Assembly (NCBI GenBank): GCA_016839585.1
Contig: JAEOTZ010000051.1
Coordinates: 1-19,614, forward strand
DNA from: Promethearchaeota archaeon
GTDB taxonomy: Archaea; Asgardarchaeota; Lokiarchaeia; Sigyniarchaeales; SOKP01
DNA: 19,614 nucleotides
Reading direction: 5' to 3'
The notes beneath the pieces were generated by a model. That model ran no database searches, was not told the DNA's origin, and saw nothing but the letters and a program-made list of their open reading frames with translations. How positions within the stretch are numbered: the stretch's first letter is position 1; each line of letters starts with the position of its first letter. The position numbers and the translations under genes are program-made. Positions 1 through 9,160 of the stretch are shown here, in pieces.

Positions 1-722
1 ATATTTCCTTTCTCATCTAACACAATATTAAATTCTCCTAAATCTCCATGAATTATATTAGCTTTTTGATAAATTATTTCCATTTGTTTTATGATTCTAT
101 TAAAAATTTTATCAGGATTTTTAATACTTTTATAATAAACTAACTCTTTACCCCTTAAATATGACATTACCACAATGTGTCTATTATATCCTATTGGTTT
201 GGGAGTATTTAAATTAAGCTTATATATCATTTCTAAAACTTCAAATTCTTTTTTAGCAGCAAGTCTATTTATATATAACCAAGAAAGATGGCTTCTTTCA
301 CCTGTTAGATCTCTAAAACGCTTAATACTTTTAAAACTCGTTCTTCCCATTCGATAAATTTTTAATGCATATATATTTTCATTATCATCCATACAACTGT
401 ATACGTCTGATTCTTTTCCTTTCCCTATAAGGGGTCCTAACTGACTAATAATATTCTTTTCTACTAATGTATGTAGAGCTAATAAATCATAGGCTATTGA
501 ATTGAGTGTATATCCTATTTCATACTTTGAGGAATCTCTAATAATTAAATCAAGTTTATGAATTTTATTCAAGCGAAATAGCGTTTCTTCCATTTTATAT
601 CTTGAATAAAATTTAATATTGTTGATTTTTACATATTCAGATCTTTTCATCCCAATTTCAATTGCCATTAAGATTCTTAGATCCTCTTTTTCAAGGTCAG
701 GGAGAAGTTTTGCTGCTTCCAC
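1..722 (-). CDS. rio2: RIO2-family serine/threonine kinase/ATPase (N-terminal winged helix + RIO kinase domain); 3' end runs off the window
   Basis: Absent from the ORF track. Manual translation from GTG at 722, just after an in-frame TAG: (M)EAAKLLPDLEKEDLRILMAIEIGMKRSEYV...GYTLNSIAYDLLALHTL...IGKGKESDVY...ALKIYRMGRTSFK...SWLYINRLAAKKEF...IIHGDLGEFNI. These are the RIO2 P-loop (GxGKESxVY), GRTSF and HGDLxEFN motifs. Confidence 0.93.
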   Translation of the reverse strand, partial: MEAAKLLPDLEKEDLRILMAIEIGMKRSEYVKINNIKFYSRYKMEETLFRLNKIHKLDLIIRDSSKYEIGYTLNSIAYDLLALHTLVEKNIISQLGPLIGKGKESDVYSCMDDNENIYALKIYRMGRTSFKSIKRFRDLTGERSHLSWLYINRLAAKKEFEVLEMIYKLNLNTPKPIGYNRHIVVMSYLRGKELVYYKSIKNPDKIFNRIIKQMEIIYQKANIIHGDLGEFNIVLDEKGN

Positions 723-858
723 ATACTAAATTTCTTTTTTTTAACTTAAAAGATTTATTAATTTACAATAATAAATCGCTTATCTTTGGTATTATACAAT
801 TATTTTTCTCTGCTGTTATATCCAATGTAATAGGAGTTGGAGCTATTTCACATTTATT

Positions 859-1641
859 CTAAAATATGAATTTTCCATAGGTCTTTAGAAAAGTAATGAA
901 TTTATATAAATTTGGGATTTCGAACAAGAGAATTGCGATTAAGTTTGAAATTAAAAATATCAAAACATCTTTTTTAAGTATTAAATAATTAGTCAAGGTG
1001 GACCCTTCTTGAAATTTGAATAAGAATATCCCTTGATTTAAAAATAAAAATATTCCTATGCAAATGATAAAGCCAGAAATGTTAAAAATTATAACTTGAT
1101 GTTCTTGTTCAAAAATTCCAATTGTTACATTAATGCCTAGGATTATTAAGGTAATGATTACAATAGTTCTAGAGAACATCATCATATAATCATATATACT
1201 TGCGCTTACTTTACAAATATTACCTGAAATATGCCAAAATAGGGAAGAATATAAATTTAATATTAAAAAAATAGGTAGAATAACCGAGATCATAGAAAAA
1301 GTGAAAAATAATTTTATGGTTATTAATCTACTAAAAAGTAGTTTACCTTTCTCTTCTCCTTTTCTTACAGATTCCAACATTGTATTAATTTTAATATGGA
1401 TTTCTTCTGGAATTTCCTTTTTAAGCACTTTTAATTGAAAAGTTGAATCGGGATAATTTGAGATCAAATTTTCAACCGAATTATAACCATTCTTGAATTT
1501 TCGTTTAGAACCCTTTGGACCCTTCCATATATAGATAATCTTGTTTTCATCATCTAAAAATGCGCAAATATCGTGTAATAATAAATTTGTTTCTTCAATC
1601 CATGCATATTTATCTTCATAAAACACATAGCTTCTAAGCAT
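859..1641 (-). CDS. Membrane protein with an N-terminal gelsolin-like domain and about 4 C-terminal transmembrane helices
   Basis: N-terminal LLLHDICAFLDDENKIIYIWKGPKGSKRKF matches the gelsolin repeat core (D-x-h-h-h-D...IYIWxG..S). Four hydrophobic segments at about aa 109-136, 154-177, 183-208 and 226-246. The ORF itself is well supported; the gelsolin call is by motif only. Confidence 0.62.
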   Translation of the reverse strand: MLRSYVFYEDKYAWIEETNLLLHDICAFLDDENKIIYIWKGPKGSKRKFKNGYNSVENLISNYPDSTFQLKVLKKEIPEEIHIKINTMLESVRKGEEKGKLLFSRLITIKLFFTFSMISVILPIFLILNLYSSLFWHISGNICKVSASIYDYMMMFSRTIVIITLIILGINVTIGIFEQEHQVIIFNISGFIICIGIFLFLNQGIFLFKFQEGSTLTNYLILKKDVLIFLISNLIAILLFEIPNLYKFITFLKTYGKFIF

Positions 1642-1748
1642 AATCTCTCATTTAATCTTAAATATCATTGATTTTTATTTTTTCCTAAATTTTTTAGAAA
1701 AGAGATAAATTTATTTAAAAGTATGAAAAAAACTTATTGCTTTTAATA

Positions 1749-2651
1749 TTATTCTTGGCTTTCAATTCTTTTCTTTATTTCTTGCCACATATCATTGATG
1801 TAAGTTTTATAAATTTCAATTTCTTGGGCACTTAGAGTTTTAAATCTTTTCTGTACACTTAGATATTCCTCTATAGGTTTTCTTTTAGAAGGATCTAGAT
1901 ACTTACTGCTTGGTTTTGATAAAATAAATTTACCGTTAATCACTTCATATAAAGGCCAGAATCCAGTCTGCACGGCAAGTCTACCTATCAGTATTGTATC
2001 CTTAGGTTCATATCCCCAACCAGGTGGGCAGGGTGAAAGGATATGGAAATATTTCGTTCCAAATATATCTCTTGCCTTTTTAAATTTTTCAAATAAATCA
2101 AGTGGATAAGATGAAATACCCGTAGTCACATAAGGAATACCATGAGCTTCTAAAATCTTTGGCATATTTTTCTTATGCCCTAATTTACCTTCAGGTGTAG
2201 TTGTAGTTCTTACTCCTAATGGTGTAGAACCACTTCGTTGAACACCTGTATTCATATAAGCTTCATTATCATAACATGCAAAGATAAAATTTGTACCTCT
2301 TTCAGCAGCACCACTTAATGCCTGTATTCCTATATCAGTTGTCCCACCATCTCCTGCGAATGCAAGTACACATATTTCTTCATCCAATCCCTTATCTTCT
2401 AGTGAAGCTCTTATTCCAGAGGCAGAGGCACCTGTTGTTGCAAAGGGTGTGTGATAAACGGATATTTTTGTTGAACAAAACCCTTGCATCCCATGTAGCA
2501 CTGTTAGGCAAGAGGCGGGTACTGTTACTATAGTTTTTGAACCTAGTGCTTTTAGAGCAATTCTGTAAATTAGAGCCATCCCACATCCAGCACAAGCACG
2601 TGTGCCAGGATAAATATATTCTTCTTCAGGAAGATCCATAACATTTACCAT
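1749..2651 (-). CDS. porB: Pyruvate/2-oxoacid:ferredoxin oxidoreductase beta subunit (TPP-binding)
   Basis: ACAGCG motif, TPP-binding motif GDGGTTDIG...YDNEAYMNTG, SPCPPGWG. Directly downstream of the alpha subunit. Substrate (pyruvate vs 2-ketoisovalerate) cannot be resolved. Confidence 0.92.
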   Translation of the reverse strand: MVNVMDLPEEEYIYPGTRACAGCGMALIYRIALKALGSKTIVTVPASCLTVLHGMQGFCSTKISVYHTPFATTGASASGIRASLEDKGLDEEICVLAFAGDGGTTDIGIQALSGAAERGTNFIFACYDNEAYMNTGVQRSGSTPLGVRTTTTPEGKLGHKKNMPKILEAHGIPYVTTGISSYPLDLFEKFKKARDIFGTKYFHILSPCPPGWGYEPKDTILIGRLAVQTGFWPLYEVINGKFILSKPSSKYLDPSKRKPIEEYLSVQKRFKTLSAQEIEIYKTYINDMWQEIKKRIESQE

Positions 2652-2657
2652 TTTTTC

Positions 2658-3950
2658 TCATCCTCCTTTGAAATAAGTTGATTCATCATAATCTTTTAAT
2701 TCTTCTAAATTTAACCCTAAAAAGTCTGTTTTATTGGTAAATATTCCTTTTTTAAATGCATCTAAAGCTTTATGAACCCCAGATATGATATGTTCTGTTT
2801 TAACGTCTCTTCCACCCAATCCAACAATAAATCCTTTAATATTTGGTCGATTTTTTAATCCATAAAGTGCAGCTTTTAGTTCATAAGATAAAACACCTTC
2901 ATAACCATAACCTATATCTCTGTCAAATACAATGATATTTTCTTTATCTTTAAAGAATTCTCTCAAATCTTCGGCAGGATAGGGTCTAAATAACTTTAAA
3001 CTCACTAATCCAACTTTAAGTCCTTCAGTTCTAAGTTTTTTAATTGCAATCCTTGCTTGAGATGCCACCGAACCCATCGTAAAGATTATGGTATTAGCAT
3101 CATTAGTATCAACTGTTTTATAAATTCCATTTCCATAAGATCTCCCAAATTTCTTGAAAAATTCATCATGAACTTCTTTAATTATATTAATTGAATTTTC
3201 TAATGCTTTTTGTAATGCATATCGATATTCATAATATCCTGGCGCCGTTCCTTCCGCTCGTTTGATAATATTAGGAGTTGTAACGGGATCAATCCCCTTT
3301 ACATTTGATATATCAGATAAATTGATATGATGTTTAAGAGGCGGTAAGAACCCATCAATCTCTTCTTGATTCTCTAATTTAACAGGCATCATTGTATGAC
3401 TAAGTATATATCCATCATACGCAACTATAGCGGGTAGAAAAATACGAGGATCCTCAGCAATTTTAAAAGCTTGGAGATTGGTGTCATAGATTTCTTGATT
3501 ATTTTCGCATATAAATTGTATCCATCCAACATCTCTTATCGTTATAAAATCTTGATGATCAGTCCAAACACTCCAAGGGGCGCCTAAGGATCTAGTTGCT
3601 AGATTAATAATTATAGGTAATCTATTTCCTGAAGCCCAAGGTAGCATTTCATACATATATTCTAACCCATGAGCAGACGTTGCTGTGCCAACTCTAGAGC
3701 CTGTAGCAGAAGCAGCACAACATACTGCAAGTGCGGAATGCTCAGACTCGACTTTTACAAACCTAGCTTTCAATTTTCCTTCTGAAATAAATTCAGCGAT
3801 TTTTTCAACTACAGGACTTTGAGGTGTTATTGGATATGCTGAGATAACGCCGACTTTTGCTTGCCTAAAAGCATGCGCAGCGGCATGATTACCTGTTAAA
3901 ATCATTATATTTTCATTAGTAACTTTTTCTTTCTCATTAGATACAGTCAC
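2658..3950 (-). CDS. porA: Pyruvate/2-oxoacid:ferredoxin oxidoreductase alpha subunit
   Basis: TGNHAAA, AYPITPQS, VESEHSA, TATSAHGL, DGYILSHT, LFRPYP and GLGGRD motifs. Start overlaps the delta-subunit stop (ATGA). Confidence 0.92.
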   Translation of the reverse strand: MTVSNEKEKVTNENIMILTGNHAAAHAFRQAKVGVISAYPITPQSPVVEKIAEFISEGKLKARFVKVESEHSALAVCCAASATGSRVGTATSAHGLEYMYEMLPWASGNRLPIIINLATRSLGAPWSVWTDHQDFITIRDVGWIQFICENNQEIYDTNLQAFKIAEDPRIFLPAIVAYDGYILSHTMMPVKLENQEEIDGFLPPLKHHINLSDISNVKGIDPVTTPNIIKRAEGTAPGYYEYRYALQKALENSINIIKEVHDEFFKKFGRSYGNGIYKTVDTNDANTIIFTMGSVASQARIAIKKLRTEGLKVGLVSLKLFRPYPAEDLREFFKDKENIIVFDRDIGYGYEGVLSYELKAALYGLKNRPNIKGFIVGLGGRDVKTEHIISGVHKALDAFKKGIFTNKTDFLGLNLEELKDYDESTYFKGG

Positions 3951-4246
3951 TCATATTTCACCTCTTCCATTGAAATAGCTTTTACTGGACATTCCTCCAT
4001 ACAGATTCCGCATCCCTTACAATAATCTAAGTCAATTTTAGGAGGAATTGTTCTTGATATCACAGCTTCAGGGCAATACAACCAACAATTAAAACAACTG
4101 GGTTTTCCAGATTTTGCGGGGATACATTTACTTATATCGATTACAGGTATCCATTTTGCCCATGAACCAGTTTTACCAGCTTCTCCTTTAACTGGTTTTT
4201 GAACAGAACCAAGAATTTTTTGATAGTCTTTTTTTGATTCATTCAT
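3947..4246 (-). CDS. porD: Pyruvate/2-oxoacid:ferredoxin oxidoreductase delta subunit (2x[4Fe-4S] ferredoxin-like)
   Basis: KTGSW motif, C-x9-CFNCWLYCP and DYCKGCGICMEECP. Overlaps the porA start. Confidence 0.9.
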   Translation of the reverse strand: MNESKKDYQKILGSVQKPVKGEAGKTGSWAKWIPVIDISKCIPAKSGKPSCFNCWLYCPEAVISRTIPPKIDLDYCKGCGICMEECPVKAISMEEVKYE

Positions 4247-4534
4247 AAAAACACCAAATTTAGATTAAATTTAAAGCCTTGTATAAAATCAAACGCACAT
4301 AAATTTTTAATTCTTACCATTTAGAATAAAATGAATAAGGCTAAATTTTAATTAAAATATTAGTTTTTCGGTTAACATACGATTAATTTTCTTATGGGAA
4401 AAATAAAGACATAAATATTACTTATTTTATTATTCACTTTAGATAACGTATTAGGCTCCTAAAATAGTAGTATAATTTTTTAAATTTTTAACAAATGTAG
4501 TAACATTTAAAAATAACAGAAGTTGAGGTTAACG

Positions 4535-6841
4535 TTGGACACTTCACCCGATACGCTTAAATTAATTACTGAAATGGAAAAATATAAGAGTATAATTGAT
4601 AACATAAAAGAATGCTATTTCGAAGTTGATCTAAAAGGTAATTTTACATTTTTCAATGACTCTGTATTGAAACTTTTGGGTTATTCACGAGATGAACTTT
4701 TAGGATTAAATTATAAGTATCTTGCAGATGAAGAAACTAGAAGTAAAGTCTTTAAAGGATTTAATATGGTTTATGAAACTGGTAAGCCACTATCAGATTT
4801 TCAATACCAATTTAGAAACAAAAAAGGAGAGAAAATAGTTGGTGAAACATCTGTATATTTAAAATATGATGCGAAAGGAAATAAAATTGGTTTCTGTGGC
4901 TTATTTCGCGATATAACTAAAAGAAAGGAAGAAGAGCAAAGATTTAAAGAAGAATTAGAAAATAAAGTACGTTTAAGGACTAAAGAATTAAGAGAATCCG
5001 AAGAAAAGTATAGTAATCTTTTCCACCATTCTAATGATGCGATTTTTTTACATGATTTGGAAGGAAATATTATAGATGTTAATCAAAGAGTATTGGAACA
5101 ATTCGGATATACTAGATCAGAGATTCTAAAACTTAAAATTCCAGACCTTCATCCAATAGAAGAACTTGAATCATCTAAGAAAGCATTCGAAGAAGTTTCA
5201 AATAAAGGAGTTATAAGATTTGAAATAAGTTTTAAAAAGAAAAACGGGGAGATTTTTTTAGCTGAAGTGTCATCTAGTTTATTTAATATAAGTGGTAATC
5301 AAGTTATTCAAGGAATTGTAAGAGATATAAGCGAACGTAGATTAGCTGAGCAGAAATTAAAGGATTCTGAAAAGAAACACCGAAACATGATTAATAACCT
5401 TGATTTAGGATTTTATCAGTTAAGTTGGGACGGAATATTATTAAATCATAATCCTGCTTTTAGCAAAATATTAGGGTTCGATCCATCTGAAAATTTAATC
5501 AATAAGAACATCCATGATTTTTGGCAAAAACCTGAAGAACGGATAACATATTTAGATGAATTAAAAAAGTTAGGCTATGTTAAGAATTATTTAGTTCATG
5601 CAAAAAAGAAAAACGGTGAAAAAATTGTTTTACACCTTAATTCTCATATTTTAGAAAAAAGGAAGGGGAACCCAAATATAATTCAAGGATTAATAACAGA
5701 TATCACTGAAAAATTCAAATTAGAACAAAAATTAAAAGAATCTGAGGAAAGATTTCGAAATCTTTTTGAATCTATGCCTTTTTCTATAGCACTTCTTGAT
5801 CAAAAAGGAAGGGTGGTTTATTGTAATCCTGCTACTGAAAAATTACTTGGATATAGTATGGAAGATTTAATTGGTGAAGAATTTAGAAATCTTTCAATCA
5901 TTCATCCTCAATATTTACCTCTAATTATGAAAAGATTTAAAAAGGTAATAAAAGGTGAAAATTTATCGCCAATAGATATTCAGATATATAAGAAAAATGG
6001 TAATTTAACTTGGATAAACTATCAGACCTCCTTAGTAAATCTAGGTAATGAATCATTGTTGCAAGCAATTATAAATGATATTTCAGAAAAAAAAAAAGCT
6101 GAACTTCTTATCATAGAAGAAGTGAAAAAGTTGAAAGAATTAGATCAAATCAGGAAAGATCTTATTTCTAGAGTCTCACATGAGTTAAAAACACCACTCG
6201 TTTCTGTATGTGGAGGATCTGAACTTCTTTTGCAACTATATAAACCTAATTTGGATGCAGATGTTTTAGAGTTATTAGAACTCATAGAAAAGGGTGGAAA
6301 AAGGTTAAAGTATTTAGTTGATAATTTACTTGATATTACTCGAATAGAATATAATAAACTCAAACTAAATAAAGAATTAAGCGATTTAAGCAAAATTATT
6401 AAAGATTGCGCGAAAGAATTACTCTATTTAGCTAGAGTTAGAGAATTAGATTTGGATTTAAAATTAGCAGATAACTTATATTTAGAGATAGATAAAATTA
6501 GATTAGAACAAGTAATTATTAATTTATTATCGAATGCTATAAAGAATACCCAACCTAAAGGAAAAATTGAAATTCTTTTACAGAAAAAAGAAGATTGGGC
6601 TGAAATTTCAGTAATTGATACAGGGATTGGATTAACGAAAGGAGAAATGGATATCCTATTCACAAGATTTGGCAAAATTGAAAGATATGGAGAAGGGTTA
6701 GAATATATAGATATTCAAGGTTCTGGATTAGGGTTATATATCTCTAAAGAAATTGTTGATTTACATGGGGGTCAAATAAGAGCTGAATCAGCAGGAAGGA
6801 ATAAGGGAAGTACATTTATTGTGAAATTACCAATTAATTGA
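4535..6841 (+). CDS. Cytoplasmic multi-PAS (4 PAS/PAC) sensor histidine kinase
   Basis: Four PAS repeats ending in RDIT/RDIS/TDIT/NDIS; H-box SHELKTPL, N-box NLLSNAIK, DTGIG, GSGLGL; no TM segment. Start is uncertain: TTG 4523 (track) or TTG 4535, which follows a GAGGT Shine-Dalgarno-like sequence at 4525-4529. Confidence 0.93.
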   Translation: MDTSPDTLKLITEMEKYKSIIDNIKECYFEVDLKGNFTFFNDSVLKLLGYSRDELLGLNYKYLADEETRSKVFKGFNMVYETGKPLSDFQYQFRNKKGEKIVGETSVYLKYDAKGNKIGFCGLFRDITKRKEEEQRFKEELENKVRLRTKELRESEEKYSNLFHHSNDAIFLHDLEGNIIDVNQRVLEQFGYTRSEILKLKIPDLHPIEELESSKKAFEEVSNKGVIRFEISFKKKNGEIFLAEVSSSLFNISGNQVIQGIVRDISERRLAEQKLKDSEKKHRNMINNLDLGFYQLSWDGILLNHNPAFSKILGFDPSENLINKNIHDFWQKPEERITYLDELKKLGYVKNYLVHAKKKNGEKIVLHLNSHILEKRKGNPNIIQGLITDITEKFKLEQKLKESEERFRNLFESMPFSIALLDQKGRVVYCNPATEKLLGYSMEDLIGEEFRNLSIIHPQYLPLIMKRFKKVIKGENLSPIDIQIYKKNGNLTWINYQTSLVNLGNESLLQAIINDISEKKKAELLIIEEVKKLKELDQIRKDLISRVSHELKTPLVSVCGGSELLLQLYKPNLDADVLELLELIEKGGKRLKYLVDNLLDITRIEYNKLKLNKELSDLSKIIKDCAKELLYLARVRELDLDLKLADNLYLEIDKIRLEQVIINLLSNAIKNTQPKGKIEILLQKKEDWAEISVIDTGIGLTKGEMDILFTRFGKIERYGEGLEYIDIQGSGLGLYISKEIVDLHGGQIRAESAGRNKGSTFIVKLPIN
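6131..6177 (+). repeat. 47-bp exact direct repeat, copy 1 (H-box region of kinase 1)
   Basis: TTGAAAGAATTAGATCAAATCAGGAAAGATCTTATTTCTAGAGTCTC is identical to 8427-8473, then one mismatch and 20 further identical bases. Confidence 0.9.
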
Positions 6842-6893
6842 TTTATAATAAATAATTAAAAATTTTTTTATTTAAGTACAATTTATAAAAAAA

Positions 6894-9134
6894 ATGAAGT
6901 ATAATAAGGAAGAAATAAGAAAAAAGTATAAGGATCTATTTGAAAATTCTTTAGATTTAATTTATGTTAATGATCTAAAAGGTAATATTCTTGATGCTAA
7001 TGATATTGCTTTAAAATCTCTTGGATATAAAAAGGAAGAAATATCAAACATTTCTTTCATAAATTTAGTTGATCAAGAGAATTTGCTTAAAGCAATAAAG
7101 GTTACCAAAGAAATAGTGGAAAAAGGAAGGCAAACAGAACGTAGTGAATATAAACTAAAAAAAAAGGACGGGAATTTTATTTATATTGAGACATATGCAA
7201 TTCCTTTAAAAAAGAATGATAAAATTTATGCGATTTTAGGAATTGGAACTAATATTACTGAACGTAAAATTGCTGAGCAAAAACTAAAAGAATCCAAAGA
7301 AAAGTATCGACACCTATTTGAAAATTCTCCTGATTTTGTAGGGTTAGTAGATTTAAAAGGAAATTTGATAGATTGTAATAATCGAGTTGAACATTTTCTT
7401 TCAATCCATAAGAAAGAAGATATTATTGGAAAAAATTTTAGAGATATTTTCTCAATTAATGAAAAAAACAAGTATGTTATACCTCTATTTGAAGAATTTT
7501 ATAAAAATATACTTAAAGGTGAAATTCCAGAGCCTATTGAATTTAAATTATATAGAACAATAGGGAGATTTTTATGGCTAAATCTCCGAGGTTCTTTAAT
7601 AGATATTGAAGGAAAAAAATTAATTCAATTTATAATTCAAAATATTACAGAGAAAAAAGAAGCAGTCCAAAAATTAAAAGAATCTGAAGAAAAGTACAAG
7701 AACTTAGTAGAAAATGGTCAAGAAGGGGTCTGGGCAGTGGATGAAAATGATGATACAATCTTTGTAAATCCAAAAATATGTGAAATGCTTGGATATAATA
7801 AAGATGAAATGATGGGTAAAAATTTAGATTTATTTTTAGAGGACTCAATGATGGAATTGATCAATAGTTATCGAAAACGTAGAGAAAAAGGTTTGAAAGA
7901 TACTTATGAACTTGAATTCTTAAAAAAGGATGGAACTATAATACATACAAGTGTAAAAGCTGCTCCAATCTTAAAAGAAAATGGACGGTTTAAAGGTTCA
8001 TTTGCATATATTAATGATATTACAAATAAAAAAATAGCGGAAAAAAAATTAAAAGAATCTGAAAAAAAATTCAGATCAATTTTTGAAGCTATACCAGATC
8101 TCTATTTTCTCGTTGATAATAATACAACAATCTTAGATTATAGAGGGAAAGAGGAAGATTTATATTTACCTCCAGAACTATTTCTTCGAAAAAAATTAAC
8201 AGATCTTATACCCATAGAAATAAAAGATTTATCAGTAAATGCTGTAAAGAACACTATAAAAACACAAAAACCACAATTGATGGAATATGCGCTTCTTATA
8301 AAAAATGAAACTCGACATTTTGAAGCTCGCTTTCTTTTTTTCTCTGAAGAACGTGTTGCTATATTTATACGGGAAATTACTGATCGGAAAAAAGCTGATC
8401 TTATCATCAAAGAAGAAATTAATAAATTGAAAGAATTAGATCAAATCAGGAAAGATCTTATTTCTAGAGTCTCCCATGAGTTAAAAACACCACTTGTTTC
8501 TGTTATCGGCGGATCCGAACTTCTTCTTAATAATTTTAAAGAAAAAATAAAGGGTGAAGAATTAGAGCTATTAGAGATTATTCAAAAAGGAGGGAAAAGA
8601 TTAAAACACCTTATTGAAAATCTACTTGATACTACTCGAATAGAATATAATAAATTTAAATTAGAAAAGGAGGAAGAGGATCTAAGTGAAATTATTAATG
8701 AGATATCAAATGAAATGATGTATTTAATAAAGGAACGAAAGCTTATATTAAACTTAGAACAACCTGAGAGCTTGCGTTTATATATAGATAGAATTAGAAT
8801 TGAACAAGTTATTACAAACTTATTGTTAAATGCTATAAAAAATACACCACCTATGGGACATATAACGATAAAGTTACAGAAAAAGGAAGATTGGGCAGAA
8901 ATTTCTGTTAGTGATACTGGAGTTGGATTAACTAAGGAAGAAATGAACATTATTTTTACTAGATTTGGAAAGATAGAAAGATATGGACAAGGGTTAGAAT
9001 ATATAGATATTCAAGGTTCTGGACTTGGATTATTTATATCTAAAGAAATTGTGGATTTACATAGTGGTTATATTAGAGCAGAATCAGAAGGTAGAAATAA
9101 AGGAAGCACATTTATAGTACAACTGCCAATTTAA
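6894..9134 (+). CDS. Cytoplasmic multi-PAS (4 PAS/PAC) sensor histidine kinase, paralog of the upstream kinase
   Basis: Four PAS repeats ending in TNIT/QNIT/NDIT/REIT; SHELKTPL, NLLLNAIK, DTGVG, GSGLGL. Kinase core very similar to the upstream gene. Confidence 0.93.
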   Translation: MKYNKEEIRKKYKDLFENSLDLIYVNDLKGNILDANDIALKSLGYKKEEISNISFINLVDQENLLKAIKVTKEIVEKGRQTERSEYKLKKKDGNFIYIETYAIPLKKNDKIYAILGIGTNITERKIAEQKLKESKEKYRHLFENSPDFVGLVDLKGNLIDCNNRVEHFLSIHKKEDIIGKNFRDIFSINEKNKYVIPLFEEFYKNILKGEIPEPIEFKLYRTIGRFLWLNLRGSLIDIEGKKLIQFIIQNITEKKEAVQKLKESEEKYKNLVENGQEGVWAVDENDDTIFVNPKICEMLGYNKDEMMGKNLDLFLEDSMMELINSYRKRREKGLKDTYELEFLKKDGTIIHTSVKAAPILKENGRFKGSFAYINDITNKKIAEKKLKESEKKFRSIFEAIPDLYFLVDNNTTILDYRGKEEDLYLPPELFLRKKLTDLIPIEIKDLSVNAVKNTIKTQKPQLMEYALLIKNETRHFEARFLFFSEERVAIFIREITDRKKADLIIKEEINKLKELDQIRKDLISRVSHELKTPLVSVIGGSELLLNNFKEKIKGEELELLEIIQKGGKRLKHLIENLLDTTRIEYNKFKLEKEEEDLSEIINEISNEMMYLIKERKLILNLEQPESLRLYIDRIRIEQVITNLLLNAIKNTPPMGHITIKLQKKEDWAEISVSDTGVGLTKEEMNIIFTRFGKIERYGQGLEYIDIQGSGLGLFISKEIVDLHSGYIRAESEGRNKGSTFIVQLPI
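8427..8473 (+). repeat. 47-bp exact direct repeat, copy 2 (H-box region of kinase 2)
   Basis: Identical to 6131-6177. Confidence 0.9.
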
Positions 9135-9150
9135 AATAGATATAAGTGAA

Positions 9151-9158
9151 TTTTTTTT
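9151..9158 (+). terminator. Possible archaeal oligo-T terminator after kinase 2
   Basis: T8 tract in the 26-bp gap between the convergent kinase 2 and porG stops. Such tracts are common in AT-rich DNA. Confidence 0.3.
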
Positions 9159-9160
9159 CG

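Noticed and set aside
175-862. Plus-strand ORFs 175..357 and 662..862
   Set aside because: Antisense to or overlapping the well-supported RIO2 gene, with no recognisable motifs.
2291-2595. Short ORFs 2291..2533 (+) and 2392..2595 (-)
   Set aside because: Fully inside porB, in antisense or alternative frames.
4274-4283. AAGCCTTGTA shared with 17516-17525, and AAATGAATA(A)GGCT shared between ~4329 and ~14894
   Set aside because: Short matches in very AT-rich DNA at inconsistent distances from start codons; compatible with chance.
6145-8950. Several minus-strand ORFs within the kinases, some similar to each other
   Set aside because: Antisense shadows. Their mutual similarity just mirrors the kinase paralogy.
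4247-9160. Kinase pair as a mobile element
   Set aside because: No transposase or integrase, terminal inverted repeats, target-site duplication or obvious compositional shift.
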